DNA of 39,734 bases from a virus (taxonomy: Duplodnaviria > Caudoviricetes). The position numbers were made by a program, and so were the translations under genes. Below are positions 17,975 to 26,991 of this stretch, piece after piece. Location of the stretch: positions 1 through 39,734 of IMG/VR virus record IMGVR_UViG_3300050162_000101; one strand, given 5' to 3'. The notes beneath the pieces are model-generated. The model saw only the letters and a program-made list of their open reading frames with translations. It searched no databases and had not been told where the DNA came from. Each line of letters starts with the position of its first letter. Position 1 is the stretch's first letter.

Positions 17975-18270
17975 GGGTCTATATCAGCGGGCCTATCACG
18001 GGCTACGAAAACGGCAACCGTGAGGAGTTTGAAGTCGCCGCCAGTGGGCTTCGTCAGATGGGACATGATCCGGTAAATCCGCAATGCCTGCCACACGACC
18101 ACGGCAAGACATGGGCCGAGTACATGAAGGAAGACATCGTCGCCATGCTGACTTGTGACGCGGTCCTAGCTCTCAAGGGCTGGGAAGTGAGCCGGGGAGC
18201 GCGTATGGAAGTCGAGCTCGCGCTGGCCTTGGGGATTCGCGTCGTGGTGGACCTCTGGAGGCTTCGATGA
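17971..18270 (+). CDS. DUF4406 family protein (nucleoside deoxyribosyltransferase-like fold)
   Basis: VYISGPITG, VNP, W.EYM.ED, CDAV..LKGWE.S.GA..E motifs. Confidence 0.88.
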   Translation: MRVYISGPITGYENGNREEFEVAASGLRQMGHDPVNPQCLPHDHGKTWAEYMKEDIVAMLTCDAVLALKGWEVSRGARMEVELALALGIRVVVDLWRLR

Positions 18271-18998
18271 TCGATATGCGCCTGGGAGACTGCATGGACC
18301 TGATGGCCTCATTGCCTGACGGGGCGTTTGATTTGGCGATTGTGGACCCGCCGTATGGGATTGGGGCGCCTAACCAGACCATGGGCACATCGAAACATCG
18401 ATCGCATGGAAAGCCATCGGCGGCTCAGAGATCCAAGAATCGACTTTCTTCTGGCGCTGGTAAGCTCAAGGGCATAGCCCTGCAGAACATGAGTACGGAA
18501 TGGGATTCGAGTATCCCGACCGAGGAATACTGGGACGAGCTTTTTCGAGTATCAAAAAATCAGATCATCTGGGGTGGAAACTACTTTCCACTCGGGCCCA
18601 CTCGGTGCGTGATTTGTTGGAACAAGCTCCAAGCGTGGGAGAGCTTTTCGCAGTGGGAAATGGCGTGGACTTCTTTCGACTCTCCGGCCTCGATGTTTTC
18701 GCAAGACAACAACTTTTCTGAGCCCGGCAAGATCCACCCCACCCAGAAGCCCGTCGCCCTGTACAAGTGGCTCCTGACCAAGTACGCCAAACCCGGCCAA
18801 ACGGTCCTCGACACCCACGGTGGAAGCGGGTCCGACTGCATTGCTTGCCATGACCTCGGATTTGACCTAACCTGGATCGAGAAAGACCCCGACTACTACG
18901 CCTCCGCCGTGGCACGGTATCAGACCCACGCCAGCCAACTGCATCTTTTTGACCCGAAGACCATGGACGACCCGACCCCGCTTAACCTCGACCTCTAG
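18267..18998 (+). CDS. Orphan DNA N6-adenine/N4-cytosine methyltransferase (beta class)
   Basis: GDC, DPPY, HPTQKP and LDTHGGSGS motifs. Confidence 0.92.
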   Translation: MIDMRLGDCMDLMASLPDGAFDLAIVDPPYGIGAPNQTMGTSKHRSHGKPSAAQRSKNRLSSGAGKLKGIALQNMSTEWDSSIPTEEYWDELFRVSKNQIIWGGNYFPLGPTRCVICWNKLQAWESFSQWEMAWTSFDSPASMFSQDNNFSEPGKIHPTQKPVALYKWLLTKYAKPGQTVLDTHGGSGSDCIACHDLGFDLTWIEKDPDYYASAVARYQTHASQLHLFDPKTMDDPTPLNLDL

Positions 18999-19006
18999 GA
19001 CCCCCC

Positions 19007-21646
19007 ATGCCTAAAAATCCCGTTTTCGATCAGGCTCGTGGCAAGTGCACGCCGGAGCTTGTAGAGTCCCTTTTTGCCTCATCAGGTGCCTACTGGGACG
19101 GTGCCGAGTATTGGACCCTCAACCCACTCCGTGGTGACGGTGCCGTCGGGTCGTTCTCGATCAACGGCCACACGGGGCTATGGTCGGACTTCGCGTCCGG
19201 TGACAAGGGCGACCTGCTCAAGCTCATGGTCGACACGGGCAATGCGTCAAGCCTAACGGCGGCCGCCGGTATCGTCGTCGCGGCCATCGGCGGGACCGTC
19301 GCCCAGTCGGCAGACGGAGCCCCGGCCAAGAGCCACCTAGACAAGCCCGCCAAGGTCAAGGCGGTCATCCCAGCCCCGGCCACCGACGAGGCTAAGAAGC
19401 TCCTAAACAACCGCGTCAAAGGCAAGTGGGCCGTCGAGAACCGTGGCAACGCTGTAGGCGGCTGGACGTGGCTGATGGCCGACGGCAAGCCGTGGGTCTG
19501 CACCGTGCGGTACGACAAGCCAGACGGAGGGAAAGACGTAATTGCCCACTACTGGGGCGAGGATGGCAAGTGGCACGAGGGCAACCCGATCCCCACTGGC
19601 AGGCACCTCTACCGACTCGACCAGATCGCCAAGGCCCCCGAGGGGACGAAAATCCTCATCGTCGAGGGTGAGAAGAAAGCCAGCAGGGAAAAATCCCTCC
19701 CGGCGTGGCTTCTGACAACCTGGATCGGAGGGGCCGCCGCGTTCACGAAAACCGACTGGGCACCGCTTGAGTCTGCCGCCCGACGTGGTGACGTGCTCAT
19801 ATGGCCTGACGCCGACGAACCGGGACTCAAGGCCGCGATGGGCATCGCCAAGCGGCTACCGGGCGCGGTGGTCATGGACATCAAGGGTCGGGCGCAAGGC
19901 TGGGATCTGGCCGACGCCATCGACGAGGGTATCGACCCGGTCGAGTTTATCGCCGCCTGTCCCGTCATCGGTGGACCGCCGCCTGCCGTAGGTGCCGAGA
20001 CGAGGCCCGACGACGGCGCGCCGTTCCTTTGCCTAGGCTACGACAAGGCGGCGTACTACTTCATGAGGCGCAAGACGCGGACGCTTTTTAGCATCGGCAT
20101 GGGGTCGTGGAACTCTTCCAAGCTGGGGGAGATTGCCGCGCTGTCGTGGTGGATGCTCATGGGCATGACCGGCGACGAGGGAGGCATCAAGGCCGCCGTC
20201 GCCCAGGACTACGTGGTCGGACTCCAGCACGAGGTCGGTTTCTTCGACCCGAAGAAAATCCGGGGCGCGGGCGTTTGGCGAGACTCGCAAGGAATCATCC
20301 TCAACGACGGACGGCGCATCATCACCATGGACGGCCGCCGCTTTGACTACGACAGCTTCCCGTCGTCCTACTACTACGTGCCGTCCCTGGTAGCCTTCGG
20401 CGAGATGCACGGGCCAGAGTCCACCGACGAGGACGGGGCGCAACTTGAGGAGCTGTTCACCGCGCTGGAGTTCGAGGAGGTCACGCAGGCGATTCTATTG
20501 ATGGGCTGGTGCCTCATCGCCCCTTTCGGTGGCGTACTGGCATGGCGTCCCCATGTGTGGCTCACCGGTCAAGCTGGCTCTGGCAAGTCCTGGGCCGTCG
20601 ATAATGTCGTGGTTCCATTGTGCGGTCCGTTCGCGTTCGTTGGCTCCGGCAAGGATACCGAGGCGGGGATCCGGTGGGCTCTCGACCAGGACGCCCGTCC
20701 CGGGATCATGAAGGAAATGGAAGGCAAAAATGAGGCGTCACGGAAAAAGATTTCGTCCCTTGTGGATCTCATCCGCAACCTGTCGGACGACTCGGGGACG
20801 ATCAACATTTCTCAGGCTGGGGGCGGGGTGAAGTCGTTTAACCTTCGGTCCATGTTTTTGTTGAGCTCCAAAGTCTCGCCGTCCGATGACGACTCTGTGA
20901 GCTCCAGAATCACGGTGCTCATGCTCAAGAAATCGAAGGACGAGGCGGCGAAGATCTCGACTTGCGTTCGTCTCGTGGCCGACCTGCTCGACGACCCTGG
21001 ACGGTTCACGCGCCGGATTTTTCACTCCCTGGGCCGGATCATGGCGGACATCGAATACCTACGAACGACCTATCTCGCGGCGTTCCACTCGAAGCGGGCC
21101 GCCGACCAGCTCGCGCCACTTCTGGCCGTGGCATGGGCGGTGCAGTCATCGCGGTCGATACGCGAATCCGGGCCGTGGCTGGACAAGTGGCTCGTGGACC
21201 TGTCGAGCGAGTCGAAGATCACGGTCGCTGACCATGACGCTTTCATGTCGCACCTCGTGGCGGTTGGAGTTCGCAACGACGAGGGCAAGACGCGGACGAT
21301 TGCGGAGCTTTTGGAGCGCGTGGCCGACGACAAGGACGGGGCAGACTCGGCGCTGTCTCTGCTTGAGCGCCACGGGCTCACGCTTCGGCGGAGGTACAAG
21401 ACGACGCCTTTTGTGCTGTCCATCGCAACAGAACTCCCGGCGCTGGCGTCGCTGTTCAAAGACACGGCATGGGGGGACGCCTACGGAAACCAGATCAAGC
21501 GCAATCCGCTGACCATCGAAGGTCCGACGCGGCAAATACGCATGGCGTCGGGAAAGCCACGGTGCCACGACCTTGACTGGGAGCGGTTCCGCGAGAAGTA
21601 TTTGGGGCGTGAGGATGATGGATACGCCCAGGAGCCGCCGTTTTGA
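19007..21646 (+). CDS. Primase-helicase (TOPRIM plus C-terminal P-loop NTPase)
   Basis: FSIN..TGLWSDF N-terminal domain; IVEGEK and WPDADEPG TOPRIM motifs; Walker A GQAGSGKS. Confidence 0.85.
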   Translation: MPKNPVFDQARGKCTPELVESLFASSGAYWDGAEYWTLNPLRGDGAVGSFSINGHTGLWSDFASGDKGDLLKLMVDTGNASSLTAAAGIVVAAIGGTVAQSADGAPAKSHLDKPAKVKAVIPAPATDEAKKLLNNRVKGKWAVENRGNAVGGWTWLMADGKPWVCTVRYDKPDGGKDVIAHYWGEDGKWHEGNPIPTGRHLYRLDQIAKAPEGTKILIVEGEKKASREKSLPAWLLTTWIGGAAAFTKTDWAPLESAARRGDVLIWPDADEPGLKAAMGIAKRLPGAVVMDIKGRAQGWDLADAIDEGIDPVEFIAACPVIGGPPPAVGAETRPDDGAPFLCLGYDKAAYYFMRRKTRTLFSIGMGSWNSSKLGEIAALSWWMLMGMTGDEGGIKAAVAQDYVVGLQHEVGFFDPKKIRGAGVWRDSQGIILNDGRRIITMDGRRFDYDSFPSSYYYVPSLVAFGEMHGPESTDEDGAQLEELFTALEFEEVTQAILLMGWCLIAPFGGVLAWRPHVWLTGQAGSGKSWAVDNVVVPLCGPFAFVGSGKDTEAGIRWALDQDARPGIMKEMEGKNEASRKKISSLVDLIRNLSDDSGTINISQAGGGVKSFNLRSMFLLSSKVSPSDDDSVSSRITVLMLKKSKDEAAKISTCVRLVADLLDDPGRFTRRIFHSLGRIMADIEYLRTTYLAAFHSKRAADQLAPLLAVAWAVQSSRSIRESGPWLDKWLVDLSSESKITVADHDAFMSHLVAVGVRNDEGKTRTIAELLERVADDKDGADSALSLLERHGLTLRRRYKTTPFVLSIATELPALASLFKDTAWGDAYGNQIKRNPLTIEGPTRQIRMASGKPRCHDLDWERFREKYLGREDDGYAQEPPF

Positions 21647-22161
21647 CGCGGTGCCGAGTGTGCAATCGTCCGCTTCTGACATGGGCGAGTCAGGCCGCCG
21701 GTATCGGCCCCACGTGCCGGGCGCATCGCAGACCGGAGCAGTGGGGATTGTTTGAAGAGGAGGGCGAGAGCCATGACGATGAGAGACGGCGGACGGAAGG
21801 TCATCCGCGCTTTGAGGTGGTGGAGGAAGATTGGGGCCACCGACAGAATAGAAAGGTTCAAGCGTCTGGTGAAAATCGGAGCGCCGGAACTCATGATCAA
21901 GAAGGGCTGAGGCCCGAAGGAGTTGAGGATGTTGAAAGTACCGACCGAGGCGGAAGCGTTCGCCGAGTTTTCGAGATTATTGAAGGAGCGGAGGGAGCAG
22001 GAGGGAAGCCCTCGGATGGAGTACTCGGACGTACGGAGATATTGGACAATGCTCGAATCTTTCCGAAAAGCGTGGGGCCTGAAACCATCATCCACTACCC
22101 CATCCGCGCCCCATGGTGGCGACGAGTCTGGGCATGGATCGTGAGGGGGGTGAGATCGTGA
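21643..22161 (+). CDS. DUF6011-like Zn-finger protein with long low-complexity extension
   Basis: CRVCNRPL...S...GIGPTC; TTGA and GTGA coupling at both ends. Confidence 0.55.
   Translation: MTRCRVCNRPLLTWASQAAGIGPTCRAHRRPEQWGLFEEEGESHDDERRRTEGHPRFEVVEEDWGHRQNRKVQASGENRSAGTHDQEGLRPEGVEDVESTDRGGSVRRVFEIIEGAEGAGGKPSDGVLGRTEILDNARIFPKSVGPETIIHYPIRAPWWRRVWAWIVRGVRS
21773..21910 (+). CDS. 45-aa basic hypothetical protein overprinted on 21643..22161
   Basis: SD GAGGAGG; MTMRDGGRKVIRALRWWRKIGATDRIERFKRLVKIGAPELMIKKG. Confidence 0.45.
   Translation: MTMRDGGRKVIRALRWWRKIGATDRIERFKRLVKIGAPELMIKKG
21929..22144 (+). CDS. 71-aa hypothetical protein overprinted on 21643..22161
   Basis: SD AAGGAG; amphipathic helical sequence MLKVPTEAEAFAEFSRLLKERR. 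Confidence 0.45.
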   Translation: MLKVPTEAEAFAEFSRLLKERREQEGSPRMEYSDVRRYWTMLESFRKAWGLKPSSTTPSAPHGGDESGHGS

Positions 22162-22454
22162 GAGAGTGCCAGTGGTGCAGTAATCCAGTGTCGACGACCA
22201 GAGGCGCGGCGGTATGCCCGGAGTGCAGGATCGTCAAGACGCCTCGGACTTATACCGAAGAGCAACGGCTGGCTATGCGGGAAGCCGTCAAGCGGTCCAG
22301 GAAAAAATACCCTGAGAAACGCCGCGCCTACGTCAACAAATATCGAGACGAACACCGACAGCAATACACAGACTACCAACGCGAATACAAACGAAAGTGG
22401 CGTGAACGGAGCAAGGCTCTCGGGCTCCCCACTCAATCGAAGGCCAAGCCATGA
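22158..22454 (+). CDS. Zn-finger basic hypothetical protein
   Basis: CQWC...CPEC then an Arg/Lys/Tyr-rich helix; GTG 22158. Confidence 0.65.
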   Translation: MRECQWCSNPVSTTRGAAVCPECRIVKTPRTYTEEQRLAMREAVKRSRKKYPEKRRAYVNKYRDEHRQQYTDYQREYKRKWRERSKALGLPTQSKAKP

Positions 22455-22924
22455 GCGCCGCCAGCATCCTCGCCGCATGGGTGGCAACGCACTTCACCGG
22501 CCTCGGGGCTCGGCTTTTTCGGAACAACGTCGGGATGGCCTGGGTGGGAAATGCCGTGCCGCTGAAAAATGGGAATGTGCTTATAGAGTTCCCGCGCCAC
22601 CTCCCCTTCGGGCTTCTCGTCCCCGGTGCAGACCTATCGGCCAAGGGCAAGAAAAAGAAAACCTCCGGGGGTTCGGATCACGTCGGGTGGACGCCGGTTA
22701 CCGTGACGCCTGACATGGTGGGCCAACGCCTCGCGGTATTCACTGCGGTCGAGGAGAAAACCCTACACGACGAACTCACGCCCGACCAGCGGAACTTCCT
22801 CGACCAAGTCCACCGCGCCGGGGGGCTAGCCTACGTCGCCCGAGAGACTACCGATGGTCCACTGCTGAACAGGTGGCCGGAGCCTCCGAGCGTCAGGAAA
22901 AAGAAAGGTGTTGACAAAGCGTGA
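22451..22924 (+). CDS. VRR-NUC-like PD-(D/E)xK nuclease (possible resolvase)
   Basis: RLFRNNVG, GGSD, AVEEK and TPDQRNFL..V..AGG motifs. Confidence 0.85.
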   Translation: MSAASILAAWVATHFTGLGARLFRNNVGMAWVGNAVPLKNGNVLIEFPRHLPFGLLVPGADLSAKGKKKKTSGGSDHVGWTPVTVTPDMVGQRLAVFTAVEEKTLHDELTPDQRNFLDQVHRAGGLAYVARETTDGPLLNRWPEPPSVRKKKGVDKA

Positions 22925-22940
22925 TACAGTGTATACGCTA
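22911..22940 (+). promoter_or_regulatory. sigma70-type early promoter overlapped by operator-like motif copy 4 (22920-22940)
   Basis: TTGACA-17 bp-TACGCT; CGTGATACAGTGTATACGCTA. Confidence 0.8.
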
Positions 22941-22960
22941 TAGGGAGTGAGGTTACTACC

Positions 22961-23272
22961 ATGACGAGATTCAGGATTATGCGTTTTGCCGATGGAACCG
23001 CCGATGACCCGATCATCGACACCATCGAGATTACCCGCGAGACAGAAAAATGCTACTGGACGAAGGGATCGCGACCAGGATCCGAGATCAAGCACGTCGG
23101 CACCGCTGAACCGATCTACAAGACTTTTGACGAGGCCAAAGCCGAGCACACCCGCCAACGCCGTGACGCCGTAGTCATCATCAAGGACCGCATCAACAGC
23201 CTTCACAACTCCCTCGTCAAAGCCGAAGCCCTTCTAGCCGCCGCGCCGCTCATCGGGCCCCCCCATGCCTGA
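22961..23272 (+). CDS. Hypothetical protein
   Basis: First ORF after promoter; SD GAGGT; EITRETEKCYW and KTFDEAK patterns seen in small phage proteins. Confidence 0.72.
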   Translation: MTRFRIMRFADGTADDPIIDTIEITRETEKCYWTKGSRPGSEIKHVGTAEPIYKTFDEAKAEHTRQRRDAVVIIKDRINSLHNSLVKAEALLAAAPLIGPPHA

Positions 23273-23654
23273 CCAAGCCGACGGACTGCGGGAACTGGTG
23301 ATGGCCAAGGGCGGGGCTTCGGATGCGGCGAGCTACCCAGCAATCAGAGATAAGTATGGCGTCATCTCTTTGCATGGGCAGAGGGCCAAGGAGCTCCTGG
23401 AATCACTCATCCTGGACGATGATGGAACGACACACGACGCTACGCCATCGATCAACCCCACCCCCGACAAAGCCAAACTGTGGGACGAATTGAAGGTGGA
23501 ACTGGAGATGCAAGGGAGAGGCAAGCGGGTGGCAAAATGGGGCCAAAGTTTTGAAGACACCCAGGAGTCTGTCGCCGCGTTAAGGATGCTCGAACGCATG
23601 CACCAAGCCGAAACTTTCGCACGTGTACGCCACGACCTCGGCGGCGACAGGTGA
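23265..23654 (+). CDS. Hypothetical protein with N-terminal DQAxxLR helix
   Basis: MPDQADGLRELV; overlaps both neighbours. Confidence 0.65.
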   Translation: MPDQADGLRELVMAKGGASDAASYPAIRDKYGVISLHGQRAKELLESLILDDDGTTHDATPSINPTPDKAKLWDELKVELEMQGRGKRVAKWGQSFEDTQESVAALRMLERMHQAETFARVRHDLGGDR

Positions 23655-24103
23655 ATACCTTCGCCACCATCCTGCTGCTGGCCACCATGCACCATTCGCC
23701 CCACGTCGCCACGGTGACCCGCTGGGCCGAGTTCTACGGCGTCCCGGTTGAGCTTTCGCTGAGGGTGGCCGACGCTGAGTCGAGCACGAGGCCCACGGCT
23801 CAGAGCAGGCGATGGGTCATGGTCCGCCACCATTGGAAACGCGAGGTCATAGCTCGTGGGCTGATGCAGATCCACGTCCTGTGGCAGGCGGAACTCTCGG
23901 CCATGGCTGGCGTGTCCTCGTTCCGCTGGTGGCACCCCGACGACTCGGCGCACGTGGGGATAGCCTACCTTGCCCGGCTCCATCAGCGGTACGGCGATTG
24001 GTATCTAGCCGTCGCCGCGTACAACTGCGGGCCGGGACGACTTGAGAGCGCGAGGGCGTTGCCCCGCGAGACTGTAGAGTATTTGCGGAGGATATTTGGA
24101 TGA
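23651..24103 (+). CDS. Lytic transglycosylase (SLT domain)
   Basis: Catalytic AES, GLMQ and AAYNCG motifs; ET..Y at the C-terminus; short hydrophobic N-terminus. Confidence 0.9.
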   Translation: MNTFATILLLATMHHSPHVATVTRWAEFYGVPVELSLRVADAESSTRPTAQSRRWVMVRHHWKREVIARGLMQIHVLWQAELSAMAGVSSFRWWHPDDSAHVGIAYLARLHQRYGDWYLAVAAYNCGPGRLESARALPRETVEYLRRIFG

Positions 24104-24678
24104 GTGAAGTACATCACACGCCGGAGCCGTGGAAAGTTGGCGACGGCGCACGGCCTCTTTTTGCATGGTCGGGGCAGATTCTCGCGGAACACCGTCTGGA
24201 CGGCACGGATTTTATCCTCGCATCGTGCAATCAAGACTATCCCGAAGAGGCCGAAGCCAACGCCCGCCGCATCGTCGCCGCCGTGAACGCTTGCCGGGGG
24301 ATTCCTACCGAAGTCCTTGAGGCGGAGGACGACGCTCCCATGGCCGTCAAAATGAGTGGGGCGCAATTTCTAAAAATGGTTTTCGACAATGACCAATACC
24401 GCATCCATTGCAGAGAGGGCCAGGACAGGGCACTGGAAGCTGAGAAATCGGCCATCCGCGAACGCGACGAAGCCCGGGCCATGGTGCGGGAGTTGGCTGA
24501 CTTGCTCAATAAATACGCCCCCGGTCCTTGCGATTGTGAGGATTGCCAAGTTAAGCAAGATCTCATCGACAGGGCGGAAGATTTTCTCGAGCCTAAAAAC
24601 GTGACGTGCCCGAAGTGCTTCTGCGTCTGGCCTGGGACGCCTGACAAATGCGCCCAGTGTGGTGAGGTCCTATCATGA
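24100..24678 (+). CDS. Hypothetical protein (HTPxPW/ANARRIV domain plus C-terminal Zn ribbon)
   Basis: HTPEPW...EANARRIVAAVNAC is a common small phage domain; CDCEDC and CPKC..CAQC. Confidence 0.78.
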   Translation: MSEVHHTPEPWKVGDGARPLFAWSGQILAEHRLDGTDFILASCNQDYPEEAEANARRIVAAVNACRGIPTEVLEAEDDAPMAVKMSGAQFLKMVFDNDQYRIHCREGQDRALEAEKSAIRERDEARAMVRELADLLNKYAPGPCDCEDCQVKQDLIDRAEDFLEPKNVTCPKCFCVWPGTPDKCAQCGEVLS

Positions 24679-24911
24679 GCGACCCCCGCCCCATCATCCG
24701 CTTCGTCGCCACCTACCCCGGAGCGCAAAACGAGAACGACGTCAAGCTCCTGGGCGAACACTACCGGCTCGCTGGCCCGGCATGGCCGAACAAAACCGAC
24801 GAGCAAAGCGTCCACGCTGACCAAGTTGTCGCCCGGAAGGTCGGATGGAACGGCGGTCCGATTTTTGAGTATACCTGCCCCGCTTGCGGGATTCGATGGA
24901 GGAGGGAGTAA
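24675..24911 (+). CDS. Hypothetical protein
   Basis: ATGA coupling; C-terminal CPACG. Confidence 0.6.
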   Translation: MSDPRPIIRFVATYPGAQNENDVKLLGEHYRLAGPAWPNKTDEQSVHADQVVARKVGWNGGPIFEYTCPACGIRWRRE

Positions 24912-25006
24912 TGGAGCCGATTTACGCCTTTGGGATCTGGGGCATCATCATCGGTGGATGCCTTATCATCGCCCTCATGGAGATGGTCGATAGGTGGGAC
25001 AAATGA
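24911..25006 (+). CDS. 31-aa single-TM micro-protein
   Basis: MEPIYAFGIWGIIIGGCLIIALMEMVDRWDK; SD GGAGG; TAATG and ATGA overlaps. Confidence 0.6.
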   Translation: MEPIYAFGIWGIIIGGCLIIALMEMVDRWDK

Positions 25007-25242
25007 GTACCTATCATCCCGTCGCCGAGTACGTTGACATGATGATGTGCGTCGTCGTAAAGGTGGCCGTCTGCGGTGCCATTATCCGGTACCGGCGCTT
25101 GTCCGTAATGGGCAAGACCCAGAACGCAAGGACGAGCTACTCCAACGCGTTCGACCCGATGGCCCGCCACTGGAAGACCGAGGACGCGGCGTTGCACTAC
25201 GCTGATGGTGCATCGTGCGGGGATAGGGTGGACCATGCGTAA
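25003..25242 (+). CDS. Hypothetical protein
   Basis: ATGA overlap at 25003; overlaps next gene. Confidence 0.55.
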   Translation: MSTYHPVAEYVDMMMCVVVKVAVCGAIIRYRRLSVMGKTQNARTSYSNAFDPMARHWKTEDAALHYADGASCGDRVDHA

Positions 25243-25429
25243 AGAGGTGAACATCTACGTTATGCAAAACCTTCGTCGCCTCATGACTAAAGCTTGGAAC
25301 CGGACAAATGCAAACTGGGTCGCCGTCTCTCAATTGACAGGTCATGGGTCGGGGACGTCCTATCAGTTCTGTCGAGAACTCGACGTAGATCCTGACGCCT
25401 ACGAGTTCAAGAGGCTAACGCCCCAATGA
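25235..25429 (+). CDS. Hypothetical protein
   Basis: NWVAVSQLTGHGSG....C.EL..DPD; ATGA overlap with helicase. Confidence 0.6.
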   Translation: MRKEVNIYVMQNLRRLMTKAWNRTNANWVAVSQLTGHGSGTSYQFCRELDVDPDAYEFKRLTPQ

Positions 25430-26991
25430 TTGAACTCCGCCCCTACCAGAAGCGCGTCCTCAACGACAAGGCTATCCTCGACATCCTGATGCACATCAAA
25501 GACCCGACGCGCCCCCGGCCCGAGATCCTAGCGCCGCTGGTTGTGTCGGCGACGGGCACGGGCAAAACTGCAATGTTCTGCGCCCTGGCCGCCAAGCTCC
25601 GCGAATGGAATCGGCGCACCGTCGTCCTGACCCACCGCCGAGAAATCCTTGAGCAGACTTTGAAGTCCATGTACCGCATGGACGTGACCGCTGGCCAGAT
25701 CGTCGCAGGACGTCCGATGACGAAAGACCTCATCCAGGTGGCAAGCGTTCCAACCCTGGTCAACCGCCTCGGCCAAGTCTGGCGTCCCGACCTCATCATC
25801 ACCGACGAGGCGCACCACTCGGTAGCCGGTAACTCGTGGGGCCGGGTGCACGACTTCTGGGGGAGCGTCCCACGCATCGGGTTTTCGGCCACCCCGGCAA
25901 GGCTCGACGGCGTCGGCCTCCGGGCGTCATTCGATTACATGGTCATGGGACTCTCGGCCCGCGAGGCCACCGAGGACGGGTATCTCACCTTCCCCATGGT
26001 CTACACCATCCCCGAGGAACTGCACGAGACTTTTCACGTCACAAAAGGCGACTACGACACCGCCGAACAGGCCGTCGTCATGAGTCAAAAGAAGATCGTC
26101 GGCGACGTCATCAGCCACTACACCCGGCGACTCGGTGGTGCCCCGACGCTAGTTGCTTGCAACAGCCTCGAACACGCCGAACTCATGGCCGACCAGTTCC
26201 GGCAAGCGGGCTACCGGGCCAAGATGGTCTGGGGCGATATGTCTACCTCCGACCGTGACGCGGCTATCTGCGGGCTCGCCGACGGGTCGGTGCAGGTTGT
26301 GTGCTTCAAGGACCTCGTGGGGGAGGGACTTGATATCCCTGTTGCAACTGGCCTTGTATTGCTCCGGAAAACGCTATCGCTCTCGCTTTACATGCAATGG
26401 TGCGGGAGGGTAGGAAGACCAGTTTATGCGCCCGACAGGGATCTTTCAACGACAGAAGGAAGGCTAGACGCAATCGCCATGGGACCAAAGCCTCGCTCCA
26501 TTATTTTGGATCACGCTGGTAATTTTTCTTTGCATGGGCATCCTCTCGCTGATCGGCAATGGTCGCTCGATTCTCAGAAAAGAGCAAAAGGCGAACTTCC
26601 TCCAGCAACCGTGACCTGCCCCAAATGTTATGGAGTCTGGCCGGGACGCCCAAAAAGTTGCCCAGCTTGCCATTTCTCATTCGCTATGGCCGAACAGCAG
26701 AAGAAGATGGAGGAATTACGCGTCGTCGAAGGCGAACTTGTTGAAGCTGGATATGAGGCGGACGAGGCCGATGCCATGGCCGCATTCATTTCCCGATGTC
26801 TCGAAACTACGGACAAGGGCCAGAAGGCCCGGATGATGATGGCGAAGGCTTTTCAGATCATAGGAGGATCCGGAGACGTCGAAACCCGCAAGCGAAAAGT
26901 TGAAGCCCTGGCCGTACAGGGCGGATATCAGAAGACTTGGACTCAAATAGTCTGGGACTTGAAAGAGAAGAATGAACGACGCACAGGTTGA
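25426..26991 (+). CDS. SF2 (DEAH) helicase, RadD-like, with Zn ribbon
   Basis: LRPYQ, GTGKT, DEAHH, SAT, EGLDIP, Q..GRV.R, ILDHAGN and CPKC..CPAC motifs. Confidence 0.93.
   Translation: MIELRPYQKRVLNDKAILDILMHIKDPTRPRPEILAPLVVSATGTGKTAMFCALAAKLREWNRRTVVLTHRREILEQTLKSMYRMDVTAGQIVAGRPMTKDLIQVASVPTLVNRLGQVWRPDLIITDEAHHSVAGNSWGRVHDFWGSVPRIGFSATPARLDGVGLRASFDYMVMGLSAREATEDGYLTFPMVYTIPEELHETFHVTKGDYDTAEQAVVMSQKKIVGDVISHYTRRLGGAPTLVACNSLEHAELMADQFRQAGYRAKMVWGDMSTSDRDAAICGLADGSVQVVCFKDLVGEGLDIPVATGLVLLRKTLSLSLYMQWCGRVGRPVYAPDRDLSTTEGRLDAIAMGPKPRSIILDHAGNFSLHGHPLADRQWSLDSQKRAKGELPPATVTCPKCYGVWPGRPKSCPACHFSFAMAEQQKKMEELRVVEGELVEAGYEADEADAMAAFISRCLETTDKGQKARMMMAKAFQIIGGSGDVETRKRKVEALAVQGGYQKTWTQIVWDLKEKNERRTG

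Noticed and set aside
21908-21910. TGA readthrough or alternative genetic code joining the two overprinted ORFs
   Set aside because: TGA is the routine stop across the genome (many ATGA/GTGA overlaps), and the second ORF has its own SD.
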